Positions 1 to 9,487 of a DNA stretch of 64,000 bases are shown piece after piece. Position 1 is the first letter of the stretch; the number at the start of each line of letters is the position of its first letter. Location of the stretch: the NCBI GenBank assembly GCA_047601445.1, contig JASGJH010000001.1:3520001-3584000 (forward strand). Reading direction: 5' to 3'. The stretch is from Myxococcales bacterium (GTDB lineage Bacteria; Myxococcota_A; Polyangia; Polyangiales; DASUME01). The translations under genes were made by a program, and so were the position numbers. The notes under the pieces are model-generated. The model saw nothing but the letters and a program-made list of their open reading frames with translations. It did no database searches and was not told the DNA's origin.

Positions 1-177
1 CCCGGTGCCGAGCCCTGGTTCCACGGCCTGGTGGATCACGTGCGAGGCGTGGAAAACGTGGGCGGATTGTTGGCCCTGGTCCTGCCCACGGTGCTCCAGG
101 TCGGGCTTGGCATCGCGGTCGGTACCGTGGCCGTGCTCGGCATGATGCTGTTTCAGCGGGTACGGGGATCCAAGTAG
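1..177 (+). CDS. 3' end of inner-membrane protein, DUF808/YedI-like (partial)
   Basis: Frame 1 is open to TAG at 175-177: ...GGLLALVLPTVLQVGLGIAVGTVAVLGMMLFQRVRGSK*. This resembles the DUF808 C-terminal TM segment. Confidence 0.6.
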   Translation, partial: PGAEPWFHGLVDHVRGVENVGGLLALVLPTVLQVGLGIAVGTVAVLGMMLFQRVRGSK

Positions 178-186
178 AATCAGGAC

Positions 187-849
187 ATGATCGAGCTCGC
201 CGCCGACGCACGTATCGGAGTCATCGGCGACGTGCACGCGGAGGACGAGCGCCTGGCGGAGGTGCTCGACTTCCTCTCGGGCTGCGGTGTGCAGGGCATC
301 CTGTGCACGGGCGACATCGCCGATGGCAGCGGCTCGGTGTCGCGCTGTTGCCAGCTGTTGGCCGCGGCCGGTGTGTACACGGTGCGCGGCAACCATGATC
401 GCTGGCTGTTGGATCGCGAGATGCGCACGCTGCCCGACGCCACCCACCCGGACGACCTCAGCCGATCGGCGCGGACGTATCTCGAAGCCTTGCCCGCCGT
501 GCTGCGCTTCGGCACTTCGCTGGGAACGCTTCTGCTGTGTCACGGACTGGGCGAAAACGACATGGCCCGGGTGAATCCCGACGACCGCGGCTACGCGCTG
601 CAGAGCAACGACGAGCTGCAAGCGCTCATGCGCGACCCCGGCGTGCAGCTGCTGATCAACGGGCACAGCCATCGCCCGATGGTGCGCCATTTCCCCGGAC
701 TCACCGTGATCAACGCGGGCACGCTGCACCGCGCGCACCAGCCAGGCTTCGTGATCGTGGACCTGGCGGCACACTGCGTGGAGCGCTTCGGCTGGAGCTC
801 GCAATCGATCGCCACCAATGGTCCTCCGCTGGCCCTGAGCGAAGGCTGA
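187..849 (+). CDS. metallophosphoesterase (calcineurin-like, YfcE-type)
   Basis: Motifs GDVH, GDIADG, GNHD, CHG and GHSH. Confidence 0.9.
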   Translation: MIELAADARIGVIGDVHAEDERLAEVLDFLSGCGVQGILCTGDIADGSGSVSRCCQLLAAAGVYTVRGNHDRWLLDREMRTLPDATHPDDLSRSARTYLEALPAVLRFGTSLGTLLLCHGLGENDMARVNPDDRGYALQSNDELQALMRDPGVQLLINGHSHRPMVRHFPGLTVINAGTLHRAHQPGFVIVDLAAHCVERFGWSSQSIATNGPPLALSEG

Positions 850-875
850 TCGGCGCGCCCCGTACGAGGGCCGCT

Positions 876-2399
876 TCAGCGCAAGGGGGCGAGCGGCAGT
901 TGCGGCGTGATGATGCTCGGAACCATGGGGCTCGCCGGGTTCAGCGGGTTCGGCAACAGCGGCGTCGGTGCCTGCGCAGCCCGTAGCGCCTCCTCGCGCT
1001 CGGCGGCCTCTCGCCGCGCCACCGCCGCAGCCAGGCGTTCCGCCTCGTCGTTCTTGTCCGGCGGCCCGACGTTGCGCTCCTGGAAGATGGGCTTTTTGGT
1101 GCGCTCCGAGTTGCGCACGTGCACCACGGGAGCTTGCTCGAGGTTCCAGTAGCGCACCGAGGTCCAGCCCGGAGGTAACGGCGGCTCCAGCCAGTCGAAC
1201 AAGTAGCGCGCGTCGAGCGGCGAGAGATTGGCGCAACCGTGGGACTTCACGGCGCCGAAGCGATCGTGCCAGTAGGCCGCGTGCAGCGCGTTGTGGGCCT
1301 GGAAGAACATGACCCAGGGCACGCGGTTCACGTAGTAGGGAGCGTCGTCGTAGGCCTGGGACTTCATGGTGATGGCCGTGGCCTTGCCCCACACCGGATA
1401 GTTGCCGCGCGGCGTGTGATTGGGCTCCCGACCCGACGACGTGAGCGTGGCGTAGACGGGCAGCTCTCCCGCGTAGGCCACCACCACTTGCTCCCCCAAG
1501 TCCACGTCGATCCACTGCGTGTGCAGGCCCGCCTCCGGCGGCCGCGCGCTCTTGCGCACCTCGTTGAGTTGGACCGCCTTCATGAAGCGCCCCTCGCCGA
1601 TTTGCACCCAGCGATCGCGCCCCTCGCCTTGCTCGCCCACGATGTCCACACGCGTGCGGCGTGGCAGCTCCTCGAGCTTCTTGCCCTTGGGCGCGTCGTA
1701 CACGGGCGCCTTGTGCGGCGTGACCCAGGCGAAGGGGAAGTGTTCGCTGGGCGAGAGCTGTACGCCTTGCCACTCCGAGAACTTCTTGAGCCCGAAGGTT
1801 CCTTCCGTGGGCAGGATCTTGCCGTCGATGGTGATGAAGTATTTGACCCCCTCGAACTCCAACGTGGACGGGGGCGGCGCGAGCGCGATGGTGTCGCCGC
1901 GACCGAGCTGTCGCTCCGGCTCCTCGTGGGCCATCAGCGACTGCTCCGAGGCCCACATCGGCAGGAAGCTGCCCTCCTCCACCGTGACCATCACGTAGAC
2001 GTAGGGAACCGACGAGCCCGGCACCAGGTTCAGCACCGACTCGCGCGTGGGCGGCAGGTCGGTGGGCTCGGAGTCCGCCGAGCACAGCCAACCGAAGGGC
2101 TCGAGCGCGTAGTAGATGGAGGTGGCGCAGTAGGGAGCGAAGGAAAACTCGACCTGGCCGCGCACCCGCACGCGCGTGCCCCGCGCGATGTTGCCCACCA
2201 GCGGCGCGGTGTACACCGGACGCGCAAAGACGTTGGCGTCCCAATCACCGTTCTCCGGCAGAACCTCCACCGTGGTGACGGGTGCCCTGCCGATAGGAGG
2301 CTCCGCCTCGAGGACCGGCGCAACGTAGGGCCGAATCGGCGTTGGCTTGGCGGGCTTGAGCTGAAGGCCGAACAGGCCCCACAAGAGCGCGAGTAACAT
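876..2399 (-). CDS. L,D-transpeptidase family protein (YkuD domain)
   Basis: C-terminal WIDVDLGEQ...TSSG...HTPRG...ALHAAYWHDRFGAVKSHGCANLS carries the catalytic His/Cys. N-terminus is hydrophobic. Confidence 0.9.
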   Translation of the reverse strand: MLLALLWGLFGLQLKPAKPTPIRPYVAPVLEAEPPIGRAPVTTVEVLPENGDWDANVFARPVYTAPLVGNIARGTRVRVRGQVEFSFAPYCATSIYYALEPFGWLCSADSEPTDLPPTRESVLNLVPGSSVPYVYVMVTVEEGSFLPMWASEQSLMAHEEPERQLGRGDTIALAPPPSTLEFEGVKYFITIDGKILPTEGTFGLKKFSEWQGVQLSPSEHFPFAWVTPHKAPVYDAPKGKKLEELPRRTRVDIVGEQGEGRDRWVQIGEGRFMKAVQLNEVRKSARPPEAGLHTQWIDVDLGEQVVVAYAGELPVYATLTSSGREPNHTPRGNYPVWGKATAITMKSQAYDDAPYYVNRVPWVMFFQAHNALHAAYWHDRFGAVKSHGCANLSPLDARYLFDWLEPPLPPGWTSVRYWNLEQAPVVHVRNSERTKKPIFQERNVGPPDKNDEAERLAAAVARREAAEREEALRAAQAPTPLLPNPLNPASPMVPSIITPQLPLAPLR

Positions 2400-2435
2400 C
2401 CCGCCCAGTCTATCACTGTCCTGGGCCGAACGCGC

Positions 2436-2936
2436 TCAGCCGAGCGGCATGATCAGACACGTGGTGGTGGCGTGTGCATACAGCTTCTGGTCGTTGACAC
2501 CCACCAGGCGCCCCTCCGCCGTGGCCACCTTGGAGCCCGCGTGCACGATCTTCCCCTCGGCCCGCACCGGGCCGGTGCTTGCGAGTAACGCCCGGGTGAA
2601 GTTGAGCTTCAGCTCGAGCGTGGTGTAGGTGGTGCCAGCAGGCAGCGTCGAATGCACGGCGCAGCCCACCACCGAGTCCAGCAAGGTGGCCGCGTAGCCT
2701 CCGTGCACGCTGCCGAGCGGGTTGTAGGCCCACTCCTTGGGCGTGCCCTCCGCCACGACCCGCCCATGCTCGACGTGCACCAGGGTGTAGTCGAGGGTCT
2801 GCATGATGGGCGGCGGCGCGAGCTCACCCGCGATCATGCGCTGCAGGAGCTCGAGCCCCGTGAGCTTGACCAGATCCGACTTCACGTAGCGCAAGGGATG
2901 ATATTCGTAGCTGCGGGTTTCGGTGGGGAAGGTCAT
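2436..2936 (-). CDS. PaaI family (hotdog-fold) thioesterase
   Basis: NPLGSVHGGYAATLLDSVVGCA and YTTLELKLNF. Start moved to ATG at 2936 because the longer ORF overlaps the LysR gene. Confidence 0.9.
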   Translation of the reverse strand: MTFPTETRSYEYHPLRYVKSDLVKLTGLELLQRMIAGELAPPPIMQTLDYTLVHVEHGRVVAEGTPKEWAYNPLGSVHGGYAATLLDSVVGCAVHSTLPAGTTYTTLELKLNFTRALLASTGPVRAEGKIVHAGSKVATAEGRLVGVNDQKLYAHATTTCLIMPLG

Positions 2937-2993
2937 GACGGCAGTGTTCGGCCGAGGCCATGCATTCGCCAGCATCGACTTTGAAATCGTATG

Positions 2994-3007
2994 ATTCATA
3001 TTTGAAT
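2994..3007. promoter_or_regulatory. palindromic operator, probable LysR autoregulatory site
   Basis: ATTCA-TATT-TGAAT dyad in the AT-rich divergent gap, immediately before the LysR ATG. Confidence 0.5.
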
Positions 3008-3009
3008 GG

Positions 3010-3912
3010 ATGCTGGACTGGAACGGGTACCGGGTGCTGCTGTCGGTGGTCGAGCAAGGCTCGTTTTCGGCGGCGGCACGCCACACGGGCATGAGTCAGC
3101 CCACGGTGAGCCGCCACATCGCGGCCCTCGAGCGGACGCTGGGAGTACGCCTGGTGCTGCGGCGCAAGCGCGGGGTGGCGCTGACACCCGCAGGAGAGCA
3201 AATGATGGAGGACGTGCGGCGCATGGCCCAGGCCGCCCAGGCCGCCTCGCTGCACGGTGCCCACGACACCAAGGAGGTCGACGGCGTGGTGCGCATTTCC
3301 TGCTCGGAGACGCTGGGCACCCTGTGGCTCCCCCACCGCCTGCGCTTCCTGCGTGAGCGCCACCCGCGTCTGCGCCTCGACGTCTCCATCGACAACGCCA
3401 TCGTGGACCTCTCCAAGCGTGAAGCCGATATCGCGCTGCGCCTGTCGCGCCCCAAGCAGCCTGGCCTCGTCGCGCGCAAGTTCGGCGCCCTGGGCTTCGG
3501 CTTGTTTGCCTCCCCAGGCTACCTCGACGCACGTGGCACACCGCGGCGTCTGCAGGATCTCGCCAAACACGACGTGATCGGCCTGGTCGCCGGGGGCCCC
3601 GTACCGAAGGCGATGCAGTGGCTGCGTCAGTTGGTGCCCGCCGAGCGCTTCGTGCTGTCGGCCAACACGCTGCTCGCGCAGCAGGAAGCAGCCCGCGCGG
3701 GCTGGGGCATCGCGCTCGCCCCGGCGCACCTGCTCGAGGGCGATCCGCGCTTGCGTCGCGTGCTGCCGCGCGCCAAGCCTCCGAGCCTCGATCTGTGGCT
3801 CGTCACCCACGAAGACGTGCGCAGGAGCGCGCGCGTGTCCGTGGTGGTCCAGGCGTTGGCGAGCACGCTCAGTCACGAGCGCATCGGTCTCAGCGGCGGC
3901 ACGGGCGGGTGA
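3010..3912 (+). CDS. LysR family transcriptional regulator
   Basis: N-terminal HTH GSFSAAARHTGMSQPTVSRHIAALE...LTPAG plus substrate-binding domain. Divergent from the thioesterase. Confidence 0.95.
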   Translation: MLDWNGYRVLLSVVEQGSFSAAARHTGMSQPTVSRHIAALERTLGVRLVLRRKRGVALTPAGEQMMEDVRRMAQAAQAASLHGAHDTKEVDGVVRISCSETLGTLWLPHRLRFLRERHPRLRLDVSIDNAIVDLSKREADIALRLSRPKQPGLVARKFGALGFGLFASPGYLDARGTPRRLQDLAKHDVIGLVAGGPVPKAMQWLRQLVPAERFVLSANTLLAQQEAARAGWGIALAPAHLLEGDPRLRRVLPRAKPPSLDLWLVTHEDVRRSARVSVVVQALASTLSHERIGLSGGTGG

Positions 3913-4045
3913 TCTGGGGACTACCCGATCGACGATTCGACGTCGTCCTCACGTGCTTGATGCCTTCTTCCCGCGAAAGACGCAAACCTCAACTTCTACC
4001 CATCAATCTCAGAACCAGGCGACGCCACACTGGTGACGTTGACAG

Positions 4046-4513
4046 GTGATGGCGATGAGCATGTTGCCCCCTAACGAGAAGCCCCCGACGCGGCCGGGGG
4101 TCCCGGACTGCAACGCACCAGCGTGCACGAACGCCAAGAGGGAGCTCGACGAGGCTCGCGCCGCGTTCACGACAGTCTGCAATCGACTGAGCAGTGTCAC
4201 GAGCATCGTGAGATTTCTGCGGTCGATCATCAGCGCGCCTTTTTGGATCGTCATCGTGGTCCTCATCGTCGCGATCGTGGCCAGCATCTTCGGCATCTGG
4301 TTCATTGCCGTCGTGCTTTGGGCGCTCATTTTCATGTACTTCATCGCGTGGCTGCTCATTGAGGTCTTGATCCGCGTGCAAGCCTCCATCGGTGAAGAAT
4401 TGAGCAAGCAGAAAGACGCGGTCATCGGTGCCGTGGCCGAGGTGGTGACTGCGTGCCCCGAGTCTTGTCGTGGCGACCTTTCGCCTCCGACATGTGCCGG
4501 GGCGGGGCCGTAG
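4046..4513 (+). CDS. hypothetical membrane protein (hydrophobic hairpin flanked by Cys clusters)
   Basis: Long central hydrophobic stretch with three Cys on each side. Exact start uncertain (4046-4061). Confidence 0.65.
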   Translation: MMAMSMLPPNEKPPTRPGVPDCNAPACTNAKRELDEARAAFTTVCNRLSSVTSIVRFLRSIISAPFWIVIVVLIVAIVASIFGIWFIAVVLWALIFMYFIAWLLIEVLIRVQASIGEELSKQKDAVIGAVAEVVTACPESCRGDLSPPTCAGAGP

Positions 4514-4599
4514 CAGGCCCTTGCCGTTCGAGCGTAACCTCAGCACTCGGCCCCCTGGGCGTGGCCGGAAATCGAGGAAGACCTCGAGATGGGCGGTCC

Positions 4600-6087
4600 C
4601 TACAACCCCGTATTGACCCGCACCGTCCCATAGGGCGTGCCGATCTCTGCCCGAACCGTTGGCCACACGTCTACTCGCTCGCAATCGCGCTCGTGCGTTC
4701 TCGGATCGAAGGTGCAGCGAGTAACTTTGTGCGAGGTGAAGCTAAAGTTGAACGATGAGCCCACCGGCACCGTGCGCACGAGCTGTCCGTTGTCGAGTAT
4801 CTGTACCATGCCCTGGTTGATCGCCGCTCCAGTGACCGTGTCCACTGCCGTGACGCGATACTGCGTCGACACGTTCGGGCGGGCCGGGTATGGGCTTAGC
4901 GTCGCCCGGGCCGTTCCCGCGCTGACGGGCGTCCGCAGACGCAAGAGGATGGCTACCACCTGCGCCTGCAACGTCGGATCCGACAGCGCCTCTAGATGGT
5001 TCAGCAAGTTCGTCGTGTGTGATGCCGAGAACGGTAATCGAGCGCGTGCATCGCTGACCAACAGGTCTCCCGCGCCCGGTGCGATGTCGGGAGTCGCGAC
5101 TGCCAACGCGGTCGCGACAGCCATGAGCTCAGTGATCAAAGGAGTCGGCGCCGCCAGAACTGCGGGCACGAAGGTCGCGATATTGAGCGGAACGCCAACC
5201 ACAACAGGGGTGCTACCCCAGTGGAAGAGTGGGAATGGTACCAATGGAAAGAAGAACGGGATCGTGCTGTCCGGCGTGTAGATATCGGCCCATAGCCGGG
5301 CAAAGTCGGTACTGATGCCGCCGAAGGTGTGATAGGTCACGCCTGCGACCGGCTCGGCCGCGGCAATCGCTGCAAGCGTTGGGTTTCCGGGAATGAGCTC
5401 GGCGCGCGACGGATTCAAGACCATGCCGGCAAGCGCGGTCGCAAGCACCGCACCGGCAGGCAGTCCCGCTCCCGTAAACGCGGTCGCGGCGCGAGTGAGC
5501 AACGTTGCGACGGTGCCGGCGATGGACGCGACTCCCGAGCCGCTGTTCGGCGAATGCAGCGTGATCAACGAGGTGAATCGCGCCAAGAACCCTGCTCCGG
5601 CGCCAGTCAGGAAGGACCGCGCGACCAACCCGCCGCGGCTGTGCGCGACAAATGCCACCCGGAAGCCCAAGAGTGGAACCCCAGCGAAGCTACCGGTCGT
5701 GAGAACCTGCGTCACAAGGAGGGTCAGCTGCAACACGTCATTGGCGATCAAGGGGCCGGACTGCGTATAGGTAATCGTGGTGAAACCCGCCGCCTTCAGC
5801 GCAGTGTTCCAGCTGGTGAGCGGGCCTGCCGGGGGATCGAGGTAGAAGCGCGCAGCCGGCAGGACCGATGGCACGAAATGCAGGCCTTCATCCTTGTAGA
5901 ATGGAAACATCGCGCTGCGGTTGAAAGATAGGCCGGGGTAATTGGCGGCCGGCGCGGTCATGTCCAGGCTGTTGCCACCCATGCCGTGAAGCAAGACAAC
6001 GATGGGCAGACTTGGATCCGGCGCACTGGCCGTACAGTCGATGGTGACTGAGGTTCCGTCAGTCAGCGTGATGGTGGAGGTCGGCAC
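4600..6087 (-). CDS. alpha/beta hydrolase (PGAP1/lipase-like) with C-terminal beta-rich domain
   Basis: VLLHGMGG, nucleophile elbow AHSRGG, TLHSPNSGS, GDLLVS (Asp) and NHLEAL (His). GTG start overlaps the upstream TAG by 1 nt. Confidence 0.85.
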   Translation of the reverse strand: MPTSTITLTDGTSVTIDCTASAPDPSLPIVVLLHGMGGNSLDMTAPAANYPGLSFNRSAMFPFYKDEGLHFVPSVLPAARFYLDPPAGPLTSWNTALKAAGFTTITYTQSGPLIANDVLQLTLLVTQVLTTGSFAGVPLLGFRVAFVAHSRGGLVARSFLTGAGAGFLARFTSLITLHSPNSGSGVASIAGTVATLLTRAATAFTGAGLPAGAVLATALAGMVLNPSRAELIPGNPTLAAIAAAEPVAGVTYHTFGGISTDFARLWADIYTPDSTIPFFFPLVPFPLFHWGSTPVVVGVPLNIATFVPAVLAAPTPLITELMAVATALAVATPDIAPGAGDLLVSDARARLPFSASHTTNLLNHLEALSDPTLQAQVVAILLRLRTPVSAGTARATLSPYPARPNVSTQYRVTAVDTVTGAAINQGMVQILDNGQLVRTVPVGSSFNFSFTSHKVTRCTFDPRTHERDCERVDVWPTVRAEIGTPYGTVRVNTGL

Positions 6088-6506
6088 TAGCGCTTCTCCG
6101 CTTGTCGAACCAGCAGGACCTGGCTCCGCACCTCGACACGATCGGCACTCGCGACGGTCTCCGTCAGCGCAAGAATCACGAGCTCGTCCTCGGGTGGCAG
6201 CTCTGCAAATTGAGAAACGCTGCGCTCTCCGTCGGAACCGCCTGCGGTGATGTACGCAATTGGTTCGACTTTTCGGGGATGCTCGCGCTCAAACCGGTCG
6301 AAAAGCTGTCGAATCTCGGCCGGAAGATCGGCAACAGCGGGAGCCTTCGCTTTGCCTCGAGTGCGTTCCTCGCTGGTTCTCTCCTCGAGGTCGGGCACGG
6401 GCGAGTATCCGATCAGTAGGCCGCGGTACTCCCGCATGATCTGTCTGGCGCGGTCGCCCGAGCCTTCCCACGCCATCCCGGTCCGCTCGCTCTCGTTCGG
6501 CTTCAT
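6087..6506 (-). CDS. hypothetical protein (139 aa)
   Basis: ATG at 6506 with AAGGAG RBS. Stop overlaps the lipase start. Confidence 0.6.
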   Translation of the reverse strand: MKPNESERTGMAWEGSGDRARQIMREYRGLLIGYSPVPDLEERTSEERTRGKAKAPAVADLPAEIRQLFDRFEREHPRKVEPIAYITAGGSDGERSVSQFAELPPEDELVILALTETVASADRVEVRSQVLLVRQAEKR

Positions 6507-6839
6507 GGAATGCTCCTTGCCTCGGTACCTACGATTGTGGCCCAGCAGTCTGCATGGCATTTTTCGCCCGCCTGCGTGGGCGACTCTTGACCGACGTCGT
6601 GCACTTTGCGGCAGCCTGTCGCTGCACGTGAACTCCTGGATCGCCGCTAGACGTCGTGGCGTAGCAGCAGCGACTCTACGTCTGCCATGGGCGAGTCCTG
6701 AATCGCCATGGTCATTTTTCTTTGAGGCGATTCTTGAGCGCTTTTCCGTGCACGACGGCGCAGCGGCACAACTTGATCGACCTCGTCACGGCCGGCCTGA
6801 TTTGCCAGGACGACCCACAAAAGACATGTTCTCGCTTCC

Positions 6840-7691
6840 ATGCTCAAGGTCACCACCTGGAACGTCAATGGCATCCGCGCCCGCGAGGCCCAGGTCCTGC
6901 AGTGGGTCGAGCGCGAACGTCCGGACGTCCTGTGCCTGCAAGAGGTCAAGGCCTCGCGTGAACACGTGCCCGAGGCCCTCGGGGAGCTGCCGGGCTACTG
7001 GTGCTACTGGCATGGGCACAAGGGCTACTCGGGCGTGGCGCTCCATCTCTCGAAAGCAACGTTCTCGCCGCGCCCTACCTACGCCCATCCCGAGTTCGAT
7101 CACGAGACGCGCATCGTGACCGCCCAGGCTGGAAACCTGCTGTTCGCCTCCATCTACGTGCCCAACGGCGGCAAGGATCTGGGCGCCAAAGTGCGCTTCC
7201 TGGATGCGCTGGATGGGTTTGCCGAGCGCGCCCAGGCTGCCGGTGAGCAGATCATCCTGTGCGGTGATCTCAACGTGACTCTCGAGGCACGCGACGTGCA
7301 TCCGAGTCTGCGCAAGCCGAACCAAATCGGACAGACCCCCGAGGAGCGCGCGCAACTCCAGCGCCTGATCGGACGGGGTCTGGTCGACCTATCGCGGCAG
7401 TTCCACCCGGACGACGACGCCCTCTACACCTGGTGGGCGCCCTGGCGGAACCTACGTGAGAAGAACGTCGGCTGGCGGCTCGATTACGTGCTGTGCAGCG
7501 CGGCTCTCGCGGCCAAGGCCGTCAGCTGCACCAGCCATCGCGAGTTCGGAACCAGTGATCACGGCCCCGTGCAAGCGGTGTTCGATCTGCAGATCGAACG
7601 CGGCGCCGAGGCCGAAGACTTGGCAGAATCCAGTGTGGCGCCTACCGAGACAGGGAGCCCACACAAGCGTGGCCAGCTCTCACTGTTCTAA
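6840..7691 (+). CDS. xth: exodeoxyribonuclease III
   Basis: TWNVNGIRAR, CLQEVK, GYSGVA, YVPNG, GDLN, YTWW, GWRLDY and SDHGP. Confidence 0.95.
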   Translation: MLKVTTWNVNGIRAREAQVLQWVERERPDVLCLQEVKASREHVPEALGELPGYWCYWHGHKGYSGVALHLSKATFSPRPTYAHPEFDHETRIVTAQAGNLLFASIYVPNGGKDLGAKVRFLDALDGFAERAQAAGEQIILCGDLNVTLEARDVHPSLRKPNQIGQTPEERAQLQRLIGRGLVDLSRQFHPDDDALYTWWAPWRNLREKNVGWRLDYVLCSAALAAKAVSCTSHREFGTSDHGPVQAVFDLQIERGAEAEDLAESSVAPTETGSPHKRGQLSLF

Positions 7692-7749
7692 TGCAGCCTC
7701 GCTGCAAGCCCCAGAGGCGTAGCCTCGTTGCTATGCGACGGAGGACACG

Positions 7750-9441
7750 ATGGAAATGGTTCCATGGTGGAAGCGCACGACCGTCTACCAGATTTACCCG
7801 CGGTCCTTTGCCGACTCCAACGGTGACGGCATCGGTGACCTGGCAGGCATCATCGAGAAGCTCGACTATCTGCTGAGCCTGGGCGTCGAGACCATCTGGC
7901 TCTCGCCCTTCTACGACAGCCCGCAGGCCGACTTCGGCTACGACATCCGCGATTACTTCGACGTGGCGCCCGAGTACGGCACGCTCCAGGACGCGCGCCG
8001 CCTGATCGACGAGGTGCACACGCGCGGCATGAAGATCGTGTTCGACATGGTGCTCAACCACACCTCGGATCAGCACTCCTGGTTCGTGGAGTCCCGCAGC
8101 TCGCGCGACAACCCCAAGAGCGATTGGTACATCTGGCGCGACGGACGCGGCCCAGGCAAGCGCAAGCGGCCCAACAACTGGCAAGCCATCGTGGGCGGCA
8201 GCGGTTGGCGCTGGGACGAGACCCGCCAGCAGTTCTACTGGGCGAGCTTCTTGCCGTTTCAGCCCGACCTCAATTACCGAAACCCCGAGGTGAAGCAAGC
8301 CATGCTGGAGGTGGTGCGCCACTGGCTGCGGCAAGGCGTGGACGGCCTCAGGCTCGACATCTTCAACGCCATCTTCAAGGACGAGTCCTTCGCGAACAAT
8401 CCCTTCTCACTGCGGCCCATCCCCACCGAAGACAACCCGCACGGCTTCTTCCAGCACAACGTGCACACCATCGACCATCCCGACACCATCGCGTTCGCGC
8501 ACGAGCTGCGCAAGGTGGTGGACGAGTTCGGCGACCCACCGCGCTTCATGGTGGGCGAAGTGTTCGGCGATCCCGTCACCTTGCGGCGCTATTGCGGCGA
8601 CGAGGCCGACGGCCTGCATCTGGTGTTCTTGTTCAAGACCCTGCGCATGCGCTTCGCTGCCAGCGACGTACGCAAGCTGGTGAGCGAGATCGAGCACGCC
8701 TTCCCGGAGCCGTACACGCCGACCTACGTGTTCGGCAATCACGACCGACCGCGGCTCTCGCACCGCCTCGACAACCACCACTACAAGGCCAAGCTCTTCG
8801 CCACGCTGCAGCTCACCGTGCGCGGCGTGCCGTTCGTCTACTACGGCGAAGAGATCGGCATGGGCCACTACGAGATCCCGCTGGTCCACGGCCTCGATCC
8901 GATCGCCGTGCGACACCGCTGGCTGCCCCAGTGGCTGGCGCGCTATCTCACGCGCTTCGGCATGCTGCTCAACCGCGACGAGTGCCGAGCCCCCATGCAG
9001 TGGCACGGCGGGCCCCACGCGGGCTTCGCGCCCGAGAGCGCCACGCCCTGGCTCGCCCTGCACCCGGCCTCGAGCGAGATTAACGTGGATGCCCAGGAGC
9101 GCGATCCGGAGTCGATCCTGCACTGCTATCGCGGCCTGCTGAGCCTGCGTAAGCAGAGCCCCGCCTTGAGCGCGGGACGGCTCGAGTTGCTCGACGAAGG
9201 AGAACGTCCCGTCAAGCTGCCGCCGCACGTGGTGGCGTATCGGCGCGTGTTCGAGTACGACGGTGATCACGCCAAGCGCGACACGGCCACGGTGTTCCTG
9301 AACTTCGGCCGCCACCCGGTCGACGTGGACATGGCAGGCGACCGCGGCAAGCGCGTGTTCTCGAACCGGCGCGCGGACATCGCGCCCTTCGGCGGCGGCT
9401 ACACGCTGGCAGGCTACGAAGGTGTGGTGGTGCTGGCTTGA
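7750..9441 (+). CDS. GH13 alpha-glucosidase / oligo-1,6-glucosidase
   Basis: YQIYPRSFADSNGDGIGDL, DMVLNHTS, QPDLN, GLRLD, VGE, NHD and YYGEEIGM. Confidence 0.93.
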   Translation: MEMVPWWKRTTVYQIYPRSFADSNGDGIGDLAGIIEKLDYLLSLGVETIWLSPFYDSPQADFGYDIRDYFDVAPEYGTLQDARRLIDEVHTRGMKIVFDMVLNHTSDQHSWFVESRSSRDNPKSDWYIWRDGRGPGKRKRPNNWQAIVGGSGWRWDETRQQFYWASFLPFQPDLNYRNPEVKQAMLEVVRHWLRQGVDGLRLDIFNAIFKDESFANNPFSLRPIPTEDNPHGFFQHNVHTIDHPDTIAFAHELRKVVDEFGDPPRFMVGEVFGDPVTLRRYCGDEADGLHLVFLFKTLRMRFAASDVRKLVSEIEHAFPEPYTPTYVFGNHDRPRLSHRLDNHHYKAKLFATLQLTVRGVPFVYYGEEIGMGHYEIPLVHGLDPIAVRHRWLPQWLARYLTRFGMLLNRDECRAPMQWHGGPHAGFAPESATPWLALHPASSEINVDAQERDPESILHCYRGLLSLRKQSPALSAGRLELLDEGERPVKLPPHVVAYRRVFEYDGDHAKRDTATVFLNFGRHPVDVDMAGDRGKRVFSNRRADIAPFGGGYTLAGYEGVVVLA

Positions 9442-9487
9442 TGGGAGCGGGCCAGGCGCGCGCGACACGCGGGCTCGCTGACTTCAT

